This document shows, in pieces, positions 50,918 to 62,735 of a stretch of 64,000 nucleotides of DNA. The stretch is taken from contig NC_057720.1 in NCBI RefSeq assembly GCF_004010195.1, forward strand, positions 31,538,831-31,602,830, given 5' to 3'. Position 1 is the stretch's first letter. The number at the start of each line of letters is the position of its first letter. A program made the position numbers and the translations under genes. The notes under the pieces are model-generated. The model was not told where the DNA came from. It did no database searches and saw only the letters and a program-made list of their open reading frames with translations. The DNA comes from Chiloscyllium plagiosum. Its lineage: Eukaryota.

Positions 50918-53275
50918 GAGTCATAGAGATGTACAGCATGGAAACAGACCCTTCAGTCCAACCTGTCCATGCCGACCAGATTCCCAACCCAATCTAGTAA
51001 ATGTTGCAATTGTACCAGCCTCCACCACCTCCTATGGCAGCTCATTCCATACACATACTACCTTCTGTGTGAAAACGTTGTCTCTTAGGTCTCTTTTATA
51101 TCTTTCTCCTCTCACCTTAAACCTATGCCCTCTAGTTCTGGACTCCCCAGCCCCAGGGAAAAGACTTTGCCTATTTACCCTATCCATGCCCCTCATAATT
51201 TTGTAAACCTCTATAAGGTCACCCCTCAGCCTCCGATACTTCAGGGAAAACAGCCACAGCCTGTTCAGCCTCTCCCTATAGCTCAGATCGTCCAACCCTG
51301 GCAACATCCTTGTAAATCTTTTCTGAACCCTTTCAAGTTTCACAACATCTTTCCGATAGGAAGGAGACGAGAATTGCATGCAATATTCCAACAGTGGCCT
51401 AACCAATGTCCTGTACAGCCGCAACATGACCTCCTAATCCTGTACTCAATACTCTGACCAATAAAGAAAAGCATACCAAACACCTTCTTCACTACCCTAT
51501 CTACCTGCGACTATTTTTTCAAGGAGCTATGAACTTGCACTCCAAGGTCTCTTTGTTCAGCAACACTCCCTAGGATCTTACCATTAAGTGTATAAGTCCT
51601 GCTAAGATTTGCTTTCCCAAAATGCAGCACCTCGCATTTATCTGAATTAAACTCCAGCTGCCACTTCTCAGCCCATTGGCCCATCTGATCAAAATCCTGT
51701 TGTAATCTGAGGTAATCCTCTTTGCTGTCCACTATACCTCCAATTTTGACATCATCTGCAAACTTACTAACTGTACCTCTTATGCTCGCATCCAAATTAT
51801 TTATGTAAGTAACAAAAGGTAGAGGACCAAGCACCGTTCCTTGTGGTACTCCAGTGGTCACAGGCCTCCAGTTTGAAAAACAACCCTCCACCACCACCCT
51901 CTGTCTTCTACCTTTGAGTCAGTTCTGTATCCAAATGGCTAGTTCTCCCTGTATTCCATGAGATCTAACCTTGCTAATCATTCTCCCAAAGGGTACCTTG
52001 TCGAACGCCTTATGAAGTCCATATAGATCACATCCACTGCTCTGCCCTCATCAATCCTCTTTGTTACTTCTTCAAAAAACTCAATTAAGTTTGTGAGACA
52101 TGATTTCCCACGCACAAAGCCATGTTGACTATCCCTAATCAGTCCATGCCTTTCCAAATACATGTACATCCTGTCCCTCAGGATTCCTTCCAACAACTTG
52201 CCCACCAACCGAGATCAGGCTCACTGGTCTATAATTCCACGGCTTGTCCTTACCGCCCTTCTTAAACAGTGGCACCACGTTTGCCAACCTCCAGTCTTCT
52301 GGCACCTCACCTGTGACTATCGATGATACAAATATCTCACAAGAGGCCCAGCAACCACTTCTCTAGCTTTCCACAGGGTTCTCGGGTACACCTGATCAGG
52401 TCCTGGGGATTTATCCACCTTTACCAGTTTCAAGACATTCAACACTTCCTCCTCTGTAATCTGGACATTTTGCAAGATGTCACCATCTATTTTCCTACAG
52501 TTTATATCTTCCATATCTTTTTCCACAGTAAGTACTGATGCAAAATACTCATTTAGTATCTCTCCCATTTTCTGCGGCTCCACACAAAGACTGCCTTGCT
52601 GATCTTTGAGGAGCCATATTCTCTCCCTAGTTACTCTTTTGTCCTTAATATATTTGTAAAAACCCTTTGGATTCTCCTTAATTCTATTTGCCAAAGCTAC
52701 CTCATCTCCCCTTTTTGCCCTCCTGATTTCCCTCTTAAGTATACTCCTACTTCCTTTATACTCTTCTAAGGATTCACTCGATCTATCCTGTCTATACCTT
52801 ACATATGCTTCCTTCATTTTCTTAACCAAACCCTCAATTTCTTTAGGCAGGTTTTGCACCTGCTCTCGTAGGTACATCCACATACTGAATCAGAAAATTG
52901 TCTTGTACGCACTGAAGAAATTCCTCTCCATCTAAACCCTTAACACTGTGGCAGTCCAAATCTATGTTTGGAAAGTTAAAATCCCCTACCATAACTACCG
53001 TATTATTCTTACAGATAGCTGAGATCTCCTTACAAGAATGTTTATCAATTTCCCTCTGACTATTGGGAGGGTGTATAATACAATCCCAATAAGGTGATCA
53101 TCCCTTTCTTATTTCTCAGTTCCACCCAAATAACTTTCCTGGATGTATTTCTGGGAATATCCTCCCTCAGCACAGCTGAAATGCTATCCCTTATCAAAAA
53201 TGCCACTCCCCCTCCTCTCTTGCCTCCCTTTCTATCCTTCCTGTAGCATTTGTATCCTGGAACATTAAGCTGCAG
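50918..53275 (-). mobile_element. Relatively young CR1 LINE (ORF2, internally deleted)
   Basis: Long ORF pieces with KSPGPDQVYPRTL, SQHGFVRGKSCLTNLIEFFEE, GVPQGTVLGP, SKFADDVKIG and LYRTLVRPLLEYC. Confidence 0.92.
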
Positions 53276-54179
53276 TTAATGAAGAAGATCAAAGAATATA
53301 AACAACATCAAATGCTTTAAAAGTGTTTCTGAGAAATTTCCCTAAGTGTCTCTGGACCTGAAAAGCTAACTCTGATTTCTCTCCACAGATGCTGCCAGAC
53401 CCCCTGAGCTTTTCCAGCAATTTTTGTTTTCTTTCTGATTTCCAGCATCCACAGTTCTTTCAATTTTCAAATAATATGAGGTCAGGAGCAATTTTTTTTG
53501 TTCCCTGGGATCACTTAGCAAAACCAAAGTACCCATGGCAGACCAAGTATATGCTCCATAATATGCAAGTAACCATTTGTTGGATAAATAAGATAAGTTA
53601 ATTGGGTTACAAGTAAAATGAATAGCGAGATGGTTAAGATTTAAAACAAATTTGTGGACAGTTTTTCAGAACAGCAGACAATGGGTAGTAGTCTGCAAGC
53701 ACTAGTGCTGAGATTACTTCACAATTCATATCCACAATTTAGTCATTGGAATTAACATAGAATTTTAACTTTTCAAATGACATCAAATTGCATTGTTAGT
53801 ATTGAGGAAGACTGTGATAAATGGACAAACTTGGAAATTGATCAATTAGTTCATTTCTTTTCACTTCAGCCATTTAATTTTTTGAACATTACCAAATTTT
53901 AAGGCTCAAGATCATAAGTATGCACATTACTAAATGACATGTTTGCAAGACCATTAGGCTGTTGGGATATTTGCAATGAATTGTGATGACATTTCAAATA
54001 TTATGTCTAGGTCTGGTCCCCATATTATGAAAAGGATATGGTTGACCTGTAAGGCTGGTTAAACCACTCGGCAAACTTGGGTCACCTCAGGTAGCAAATT
54101 TTGGAGTACAGCAAAAGCTGCTTTTTTGAAAAAAACTACAGTTATCAGTTATACTTTGCTGCTTCAAATATTTGTCGAG

Positions 54180-55310
54180 TGTGATGCTGGAAAAGCAGTC
54201 AGACAGCATCTGAGGAACAGCAGAGTCAATGTTTTGAGCATAAGCTCTTCATCAGGAATGAGGGGGTGACCCAAGGCAGCTGAGAGATAAATGGGAGGGG
54301 AGAGAGATTGGGGGGAAGATAGCTGGGAATGCGATAGATAGATGAAGGTGATAGGTAGGCATGGAGCTGATAGGTGGGAAGGAAGATGGACAGGTAGGAC
54401 AGTTCAAGAGGGCGGTGCCAATTTGGAAGATTGGATTTAGGATAAGGTTGGGGAGGGGAAATGAGGAAACTGATGAAATTCACATTGATCACATGTGATT
54501 GGAGGGTCCCAAGGTGTTCCTCCAGGTGTCTGGTGGCTAGAGTTTGGCAGTGGAGGAGGCACAGGACTTGCATGTCCTTGGTGGAGTGGGAAGGGGAGTT
54601 GAAGTGGTCAGCCACAGGGCAGTGGGGTTGTTTAGTGTGTATCCCAGAGATGTTCTCTGAAACATTCTGCAAGTTGGCTTCCTATCTCCCCAATGTCAAG
54701 GAGACCACATTGAGAACAACAGGCACAGTAGATGATGTGGAAGTACAGGTAAATCTCTGTTGGGTGTGGAAGGGTCCTTTGGGCCCTTGGAAGGAGGTGC
54801 GGGGCGCAGGTTTTGCACTTTCTACGGCGGCAGGGAAGGGCTGGGAATGGAGGGTGTGTTGGTGGGAGGCATGGAGCTAACAAAGGAGTCGTGGAGGGAA
54901 TGATCTCAATGGAACCCAGATAGGGATGGGGATGGAAATATATCCCTGGTGGTGGGGTCTGTAGATGGTGGAAATGTTGGGGAATGATGCAATGTATCCT
55001 GAGGTTGGTGGGTAGAAGATAAGGACTGGGGTGTTCTGTCCCTGTTGAAATTGGAGGGTTGGAAAGCGGAGGACACCATTGATCCCGTGGGAGGGGAAAT
55101 TGCGATCTTCTGTTGATGTGATGGAATTGGTCCTCCTGGGAGCAGATGTGGTGGAGGAATTGGGAATAAGGGATAGTGTTTTTAACAGGAGGCAGGGTTG
55201 GAGGAGGTGTTGTCCAGTTAGCTGTGGGAGTCGGTGGGTTTGAAGTAGATATGCGTCTTGAGACCATCACCAGAAATGGAGATGGAGAGGTCCAGATGAA
55301 TTTGAGGATA
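54180..55310 (-). mobile_element. Penelope-like element 3' part (GIY-YIG + family A pLTR)
   Basis: IIYCACCSQCGLLDIGE..LAECFREH and HCPVADHFNSPSHS motifs on the minus strand. Confidence 0.75.
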
Positions 55311-55399
55311 CTTAAGGATATCAAGTTTTAGCAGTTACATGTTGCTGCTCCTTCAGTTGTGAACTCTGAAGAGGACAAAAAGGCAGTAAGGAGAAAATT

Positions 55400-56212
55400 A
55401 GAATCCCTACAGTGTGGGAACAGGCCCTTCAGCCCAATGAGTCTACACCAACCATCTGAACTAATCCCACCCAAACCCATTACCCTACCCTTTCCCTGAC
55501 CAGTGCTCCTAACCTAGGCATCCCTGAACACTTTGGGCAATTTAGCTTGGCAAATTCACCTAAGCTGTACATCTTTGGATCATGCGAGGAAGCCTGTGCA
55601 GATATGGGGAGAATGTGCTGCAAGCGGGCATCAGAGCCGCCCTGCTTTTGCCACGGGACTATGCCTACATCAGGAAACGATAAGAATTCATTTTTGTGTT
55701 TTAAACAGCAGTCGCAGCTTTAAATCCACAAAAACTCAGCAGCTGCCGGTCTGCCCACGTGACCGGGAGATAGGAGACAGAGGACAGATACTCACAGAGA
55801 GAGACAAGCAGATAATACCCGGACCCGTTTTACATAAACCAATTAGCACCCTATTGTGCGTGCCCTGCAATTCTCCTGGGACGGCAGGAAACATTCTATT
55901 CGCACCTACTCCAGTGATGATGGGGAACCATCATCCCATTCATCCTCAAATCCCACACATCCTGACAACTAAAAGTATATAATATGTAGCTGCGCGCGGG
56001 AACAGCAGAGCAGCCGAGATTCGGACCTCGGTTGGTCTCCGCCGGCGTTACTGTAGCAATAAACGTTACCGATTGTTGAACCGCACTCTGGGCTCGGACT
56101 GATATCATTTCATCCGCGCTAGTAGTGCAAAGTCCACACAGATAGTTGCCCAATGCTGGAATTGAACCCACATCCCTAGTGCTGAGAAGCAGCAGTGCTA
56201 ACCACTGAGCCA
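55400..56212 (-). mobile_element. tRNA-derived (HE1-like) SINE interrupted by a solo LTR
   Basis: Minus-strand head TGGCTCAGTGGTTAGCACTGCTG (A box) and GGTTCAATTCC (B box) at 56157-56212; body resumes left of 55619. Confidence 0.7.
55619..56124 (+). mobile_element. Solo LTR, 506 bp, unrelated to the 20.9-kb ERV LTR
   Basis: 4-bp TSD GTGC (55615-55618 and 56125-56128); imperfect inverted termini TGCAAGCG/CGCTAGTA; TATATAA near 55976; AATAAA 56058-56063; CpG-rich. Confidence 0.75.
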
Positions 56213-57894
56213 TGATAGGAGTTGGATCAGTCTGCAAGATGTAGAATTGGTGATCTGTCTCCTGTGCTAACTACACCTCCATTCTCAATGCTGCTCAGTC
56301 ATGGATATTTGCAGCTTTTCCTTTCATTATCAGGCCACACTGATGAGGGTGGCTGAAGTGAGGACTTTGTAACTACTCGTTATCCTTGATGTTTTGATTT
56401 CAGCTTCCTCTCAATATCAGATTTTGTTTTATGAGTGAAACTAAAATAAAAGTAAAGGTATTGTTTACAAAAGCTGTGTCTTGATCACTTTTACTATCTG
56501 CTGATGTTGAGAATAGGCAGCACAATGCAAATCTAAATAAGCATTCTCCAGAGTTTAAGTATTAATTATACCAGCTTCTTTCATCAATATTCCTAGTACA
56601 CTGTCTGTTGCATTTGTCAATTATCCATTTATTATGTGGATTTAATAAAATTATTTTAGAAGAAGTATATTGGAAACTCAGCTTTGAGAAGTATCAGACT
56701 CAATGAGCAGTGGACAGTCATCCAGATAAATGAAGATGTATTAACTATATACCTAGTTTTCTAATCAACAGATTCAGAGATGCTATTATACACCTCTGGC
56801 GCAGGTGGGACTTGAATCTACACCTTCTGATCCAGGGATAGGGGAATTACTGGAAGCAGGCCCCTTATTAACTTTATACACAAGGCATAGAAACCTGGTC
56901 CAGTGGGTCTCAAAGTGTGATTTTACATGATTAATGCCGTTTAACATATACCGATTAATCTAGGCCACATTTGCTTGTGGGGGTGGAGCTTGTTTGTTGA
57001 CACAAAGCACCTTGATAAGTAAAGAGGTTATGAGGTAGTACTGGGATAGGGAATAATGTCTGAAAGTTTGCCAAGGGCACAAAATCCTTCTGCACTAGTG
57101 CTGGTAACCTAATGGAAATTTTTCAAATTATAAATTTTTTTGTAGAATAAATGCAGGGAGAGTGTAGGAATATTGAGAAGAGCAAAACTAGATGCAGTCA
57201 ATTTTTAAAGATCTATTGAAATACAGAGTCCAGAAGAAACCTCATATTAGCAGGAAAAATGTAGAACTTTCTGCCATGTGAAGTGAATAGTGTAGTGCAT
57301 GCATTAAGGGGAAGTTAGATGAGGCAGTAAAATATATTGGCAGGTATGGGGGTTGCAAGTGAAGAATGAGTGTGGGCATCATCGCTTTGGGCTCATTGGC
57401 CTGTTTCTATTCCGTACGTCTGATATAATAAGAGTTGATTTCCTTGGGTGACTGCAATGCAGAGTGATGCCCACTTCATGGATTCAATTTCTGCACTGGC
57501 TGTGGTTTCCACAAAGGACCCTCCTCCTCAATCTCACCCCTTAGCTGAGGCATGGTGACCTTCAATCACCAGTTGACTGTCTTACACCAGAGCAGCCTTA
57601 TGGTCCTCTGGGACAAAAGTCCTTTACCTTATTCAATAAGTAAAAATGCCAGAGTCCTACCAGATCATTAGAGAAGGATGACTGGTGATGGTTTAACCTA
57701 AGGGTCACCGTACCTCAGATGAGGGAAGAGATTGAGAAAGAGAGTCAGTCTTTCATGGTAACCTCAGACAGTGTGGGACTTTACCTTTTATATAATCCTG
57801 TTATACCTTTTATAAATTACTAATTAGGATGTGGTTGGAATGCTGAATCAGGTTTAAGGGCCTGAAAAGATTAATATTGAGGGGTGCCTTAAGT

Positions 57895-58640
57895 ACCTAA
57901 GGAGTGTTGCTGAACAAAGAGACCTTAGAGTGCAGGTTCAGAGTTCCTTAAAAGTGGAGTCACAGGTAGATAAGATGGTGAAGAAGGTGTTTGGTATACT
58001 TTCGGTTTTGGTCAGAACATTGAGTACAGGACTTGGAGGTCATGTTGCAGCTGTACTGTCCTGTACAGTATACCCCTCAATATTAATCTTTTCAGGCCCT
58101 TAAACCTGATTCAGCATTCCAACCACATCCTAATTGGAATATTGTGTACAATTCTGGTGACCCTCCTATCGGAAGGATGTGGTGGAACTTGAAAGGAGTC
58201 AGAAAAGATTTACAAGGTTATTGCCAGGGTTGGAGGATTTGAACTATAGGGAGAGGCTGAATAGGCTAGGGCTGTTTTCCCTGGAGCGTTGAAGGCTGAG
58301 GAGTGACCTTATAGCGGTTTATAAAATCACAAGGGGCATAGATAGGGTAAATAGACAAGGTATTTTCCCAGGGGTGGGGGAGTCCAGAACTAGAAGGCAT
58401 TGATTTAGGGTGAGAGGGGAAAGATTTAAAAGGGATCTAAGGGGCAACGTTTTCACGCAGAGGGTGGTATGTGTATGGAATGAGCTGCCAGAGGAAGTGG
58501 TGGAGACTGGTACAATTACAGCATTTAAAAAGCATCTGGATGGGTATATGAGGGTTATGGCCCAAGTGCTGGCAAATGGAACTAGATTATCTCGGCCTGG
58601 ACCGAAGTGTCTGTTCCTGTGCTGTACATTTCTATGACAC
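57895..58640 (+). mobile_element. CR1 3' fragment with an internal inverted insertion
   Basis: CR1 motifs (EQRDL.VQV, RGERFKRDLRGNVFTQRVV) interrupted near 58057-58135 by inverted sequence. Confidence 0.8.
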
Positions 58641-60075
58641 TAATTATATCATGACAGGTAGATTGGTGTGGATGGGGTTAATTATGTTCTTTTCTCTCTT
58701 TCCCCGACCACTTGCCAAAGACCCAGTTAAGCAGTTATCTCCTTTAAGACTCAGCTAGCTGGGTAGTGGTGCTACCAAACAACTTTTAATAATGGACATT
58801 GAAGTCCCGCACCCAGAATATGTCTTGCTTCTTTCCTCTGAGTAGTGGTCACATTGAAGCCATACCCTCTTCAACCAATGGAAATTGGATTTGGGGGAGC
58901 ATTGATAGGTTATAGCTCGAGAAAGTTTCTATGCCCAAGTTTGAATTAATGCCACAAGATTTTATGGGGTTCAGAGTCAATGTTACTAACTCTCAAGATA
59001 ACTCCTCAACAGCATTTAACAATCTTGCCACCATCTTGTTAATGGAACAGACCATACAACTTTGGCACAAGATGGAATAAGATTGGCCGGATTTCTTGCA
59101 TCTAGATCGATGGAGATGGTGTAATTTCTCAAGCCTTGTTTTTGTAATTTACAACTGAGTGGTGTGCAAGGAAGGCTGTTTTAAGAAATTCTGGAGGGAT
59201 ATAGACAGGTTAATGGGTAAAAACTTGACATGGAATATAATGTGGGAAAGTATGAAGTTATGGACTAAGGTGGGAAGAATACAATAGCTGACTGTTATTT
59301 ATAGATTGCAGAAAGTTGCAGCACAGGAATTTTGAGTGCATGAATCTAACATCCAAGTTTAGTGGGTAGTAGGGAAGTCAAATAAAATGGAGTGTAAACT
59401 TAGGGAGGTTTTACTGAAAGAAAATAAGACACTGGTCAGACCATAGCTGAAAAACTGTGAGTAGTTTTGATCCCCTTACTCAACCAACCAAAGAGAGATT
59501 AACTTTGCATTGGACGCAGTCTAGAGAAGGTTCACTTGCTTGATGCTGGGCACAGGTTTTTTTTAACATAAGGAGGTTGTGTAGGTCTGAGTTGTATTCT
59601 GGAAATTTATTGAAGCATACAAAATGCTTGAAGGTCATGCCATGAAAGGGTGCATGAGGAGAGATTATGTCCCCTTCTAAGTGTCTAATGCCAGAGGGCA
59701 CAATCTCCTTCAAGTGGTTGCATATTTAAGAAACAGATGAGAAGATTGAGGGTGATGAACACATTGAATTCAGTATCACAGTGGCCTACAGCTCCTACAT
59801 TTACAGCAGTTTGAGAGGCCAGATGAGGTAAGGGTGGCAGCTTTCCTTTCCTTTTGTGATCTAAAGGGGATTATTTTTGGTCAGAAGGCTAGCTTTACAG
59901 CTATTTACTGAATTCAAATTTCACCATCTGCCATGGTGGTATTTAAAGTCAGGACACTAACTTGACTGTCTAGATTGGTAGTCAGGTGACATTTTCACCT
60001 TTCCATAAAGGAACGTGACGGGGAAAGTCAAAACGATACTCTCAACTCGCTACACCAACACTGATCAAAATGGCC

Positions 60076-60221
60076 AAAGTGAGGACTCCAGATGCTGGAG
60101 ATCAGAGTGTGGTGCTGGAAAAGCGCAGCAGGTCAGGCACCATCCGAGGAGCAGGAAAATCGACGTTTCGGGCCGGATCCCCTCATCAGCCCTTCCCGGT
60201 GCTGCCCTGACCTGCTCCACT
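60076..60221. mobile_element. Family A pLTR short element just upstream of the second promoter
   Basis: Tail-first copy; ATCAAAATGG repeated at 60064-60073 and 60225-60234; minus-strand CTGATGA...GCCCGAAACGTC. Confidence 0.6.
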
Positions 60222-60239
60222 CTCATCAAAATGGTCCTC

Positions 60240-60430
60240 CTCCATTGGATCAGCCTTCCCGCCATGCACTCTAACAATGGCCACGCTTTCGCCAATCAGC
60301 AACGGCGTCTGGATCACATGATCAGGAGAAGTCTGATCCGCCCCTTCGGTGTGACATCACAATGTCTACGTCAGTTCCGTTGATTCACCGCCATATAAAG
60401 GCTCGGGAAGCGGCGTTCTGCCTTTTCGCC
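60240..60430 (+). promoter_or_regulatory. Housekeeping-type Pol II promoter with TATA box and TOP-like start
   Basis: CpG-rich; ATTGG 60244-60248 and GCCAATCAG 60291-60299 (NF-Y), TGACATCA and TACGTCA (CRE-like), CCGCCAT overlapping TATAAA (60394-60399), pyrimidine start CCTTTTC at 60421-60427 about 28 nt downstream. Confidence 0.75.
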
Positions 60431-60607
60431 GCTGGACTCCGGAGTATTAGGATATGTGTATCCTGGTGGTGGTACTCAGGCTTCAAGGCCTACCCTCCCC
60501 TCACCATGTGGGGTAGGAACACAACGTGGCGGGTCCGATGTGAGTAACGCGGTGTGTGAGGGTGTGGAGGCCTGTCTGTTGGGTCCTGGTGTGGGCGTGT
60601 GTGTGAC

Positions 60608-60684
60608 CGAGTGAACATGATGATTTTTGCTGCGATTTCCTGAATTCGCCATGTGGAGATCCATCTTGGAGAGCTGAGCACTCG
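60608..60684 (+). ncRNA. SNORD55: C/D box snoRNA, SNORD55 (U55/U39)-like
   Basis: C box ATGATGA 60617-60623, D' CTGA 60640-60643, D box CTGA 60674-60677; stem CGAGTG/CACTCG; guide CATCTTGGAGA pairs with 28S UCUCCAAGGUG (one G-U), as I recall for human U55 (ACCTTGGAGAGCTGA); about 70 nt upstream of a 3' splice site. Confidence 0.8.
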
Positions 60685-61563
60685 CTTATTAGCGATTCCT
60701 CTGGCTGTGAGGCTTTAATGTCTTATTCTAACAACTCGCCTTGTGTGTTTTTCAGCATCAGTGATGGTCGCCTGCTGTCGTCCTTTAGCTCCACCTCGAG
60801 CGGCTGGATTGTGAATGTGTCCTGTCCCTCATTGTATTAAAATGAGTGATCTCTATTGGTCTGTGCCCCAGGTCAGTAAATTAACTTTGGTAAACGAGTA
60901 ACCTCAAGGGCATCTTGCTTTAGAATTTCGTGAAGTGAGCTGATTGTTCCAACCACCGACTCCCACAGCTACCTGGATTACACCTCTTCCCACCCTATCT
61001 CTTGCAAAAATGCCGTCCTGTATTCCCAATTCCTTCGCCTCTGCTGTATCTGCTCCCAGGAGGACCAGTTCCACCATAGAACACACCAGATGGCCTCCTT
61101 CTTTAGAGACCGCAATTTCCCATCCCACGTGGTTAAAGATGCCCTCCAACGCATCTCGTCCACATACCGCACCTCCGCCCTCACACCCCACCCCTCCAAC
61201 TATAACAAGGACAGAACGCCCCTGGTGCTCACCTTCCACCATACAAATCTCCGCATAAACCAAATCATCTGCTGATATTTCCGCCACCTCCAAAAAGACC
61301 CCACCACCAGGGATATATTTCCCTCCCCACCCCTTTCCGCCTTCTGCAAAGACCGTTCCCTCTATGACTACCTGGTCAGGTCCACGTCCGTCTACGACCC
61401 ACCCTCCCATCCTGGCACTTTCCCCTGCCACCACAGGAACTGTAAAACCTGTGCCCACACCACCTCCCTCACCTCTATCCAAGGCCCTAAAGGAGCCTTC
61501 CACATCCATCAAAGTTTTACCTGCACATCCACTAATATCACTTATTGTATCTGTTGCTCCCGA

Positions 61564-61842
61564 NNNNNNNNNNNNNNNNNNNNNNNNNNNNNNNNNNNNN
61601 NNNNNNNNNNNNNNNNNNNNNNNNNNNNNNNNNNNNNNNNNNNNNNNNNNNNNNNNNNNNNNNNNNNNNNNNNNNNNNNNNNNNNNNNNNNNNNNNNNNN
61701 NNNNNNNNNNNNNNNNNNNNNNNNNNNNNNNNNNNNNNNNNNNNNNNNNNNNNNNNNNNNNNNNNNNNNNNNNNNNNNNNNNNNNNNNNNNNNNNNNNNN
61801 NNNNNNNNNNNNNNNNNNNNNNNNNNNNNNNNNNNNNNNNNN
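61564..61842. other. Assembly gap (279 N)
   Basis: Run of n characters. Confidence 1.
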
Positions 61843-61856
61843 GGATCACTGCCTTT

Positions 61857-61892
61857 ATTCCTGATGAAGGGCTTTTGCCCGAAACGTCGATT
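61857..61892 (+). ncRNA. Minimal type I hammerhead ribozyme motif in a Penelope pLTR
   Basis: ATTC-CTGATGA-A-GGGC-TTTT-GCCC-GAAA-CG-TC^GATT: full core, 4-bp stem II, palindromic ACGT in place of stem III; predicted cleavage after 61888. Confidence 0.65.
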
Positions 61893-62543
61893 TTGCTGCT
61901 CGTCAGATGCTGCCTGAATTGCTGTGCTCTTCCAGCACCACTGATCCAGAATCTGGTTTCCAGCATCTGCAGTCATTGTTTTTACCTACCTGATTGTTCC
62001 ACCCACCCTTGTTTTATAATGTACATGCTGTTCACCTTCGTGACTTCCGTCCCTTGCTGATGTTCTTTACACCCGTTTAGTGTCTTGCTGCGTAGTCTGT
62101 GGCCTTCCAAGTCTCATTCTTGTGCAGGATCACTGGTTTGTGGGTGGACTGAGCATTACTTAAGCCTGAATGAGAACATTTTTGACTTTCCACTTCTGGA
62201 ATATTTATGGAAAAACTTAAATCCATATTGTTACATGATGCTGTTTCTATAGAAGTAAGAGTTATGCCTTATCAGTGGGCTCTGCATCATAGGTTTTTTG
62301 AGGCTTTCTATTAGAGGAATGAGTGCAAGGCTAGTGAAATGATTGAATGTGGATAAATTGTCTGGACCACTGTCAGGAAGTGGTAGTTGAAGAGATTGTT
62401 GAGCTGTCAACGTGTTAGGGAGGGTTCCAGAGTACTGGAAAACAGTATTATCTTGTCTTGTCCAAGCATTAGGTTGAACTTTAATCAGTAAGGGAGTTTT
62501 GGGTTAAAAGCAGGAAAGTGAACTTGGGAATGTCAGACTCAGC

Positions 62544-62735
62544 TGAAATTGTTGCTGGAAAAGCACAGCAGGTCAGGCAGCATCCAAGGAGCAGGAGAAT
62601 CAATGTCTCAGGCATGAGCCCTTCATGCCCAAAACATCGATTCTCCTGCTCCTTGGATGCTGCCTGACCTGCTGTGCTTTTCCAGCAATACAATTTCAGC
62701 TGATCTCCAGCATCTGAAGTTCTCACTGTCTCCTA
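62544..62735. mobile_element. Older fold-back Penelope-LTR short element (family A)
   Basis: Inverted arms + tail; degenerate TSD GAATGTCAGACTCAGC (62528-62543) vs GAATATCAGACTGAGC (62736-62751). Confidence 0.7.

Larger units (their letters stand above)
60952..61989 (+). mobile_element. 5'-truncated Penelope-like element with TSD (spans the assembly gap)
   Basis: Direct repeat CTGATTGTTCCA at 60940-60951 and 61990-62001; RT C-terminal/GIY-YIG-proximal motifs; ends in a family A pLTR. Confidence 0.8.

Noticed and set aside
37000..60000. BEST4 or PLK3 exons expected from human synteny
   Set aside because: No matching peptide or exon found by eye on either strand.
61364..62060. Long ORFs containing X runs
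   Set aside because: Artefacts of translating across the 279-N gap.
62112..62181. Hairpin TCTCATTC/GAATGAGA followed by ACATTT as an H/ACA 3' half
   Set aside because: No H box or 5' hairpin upstream; the region is part of the diverged homology with 37.5 kb.
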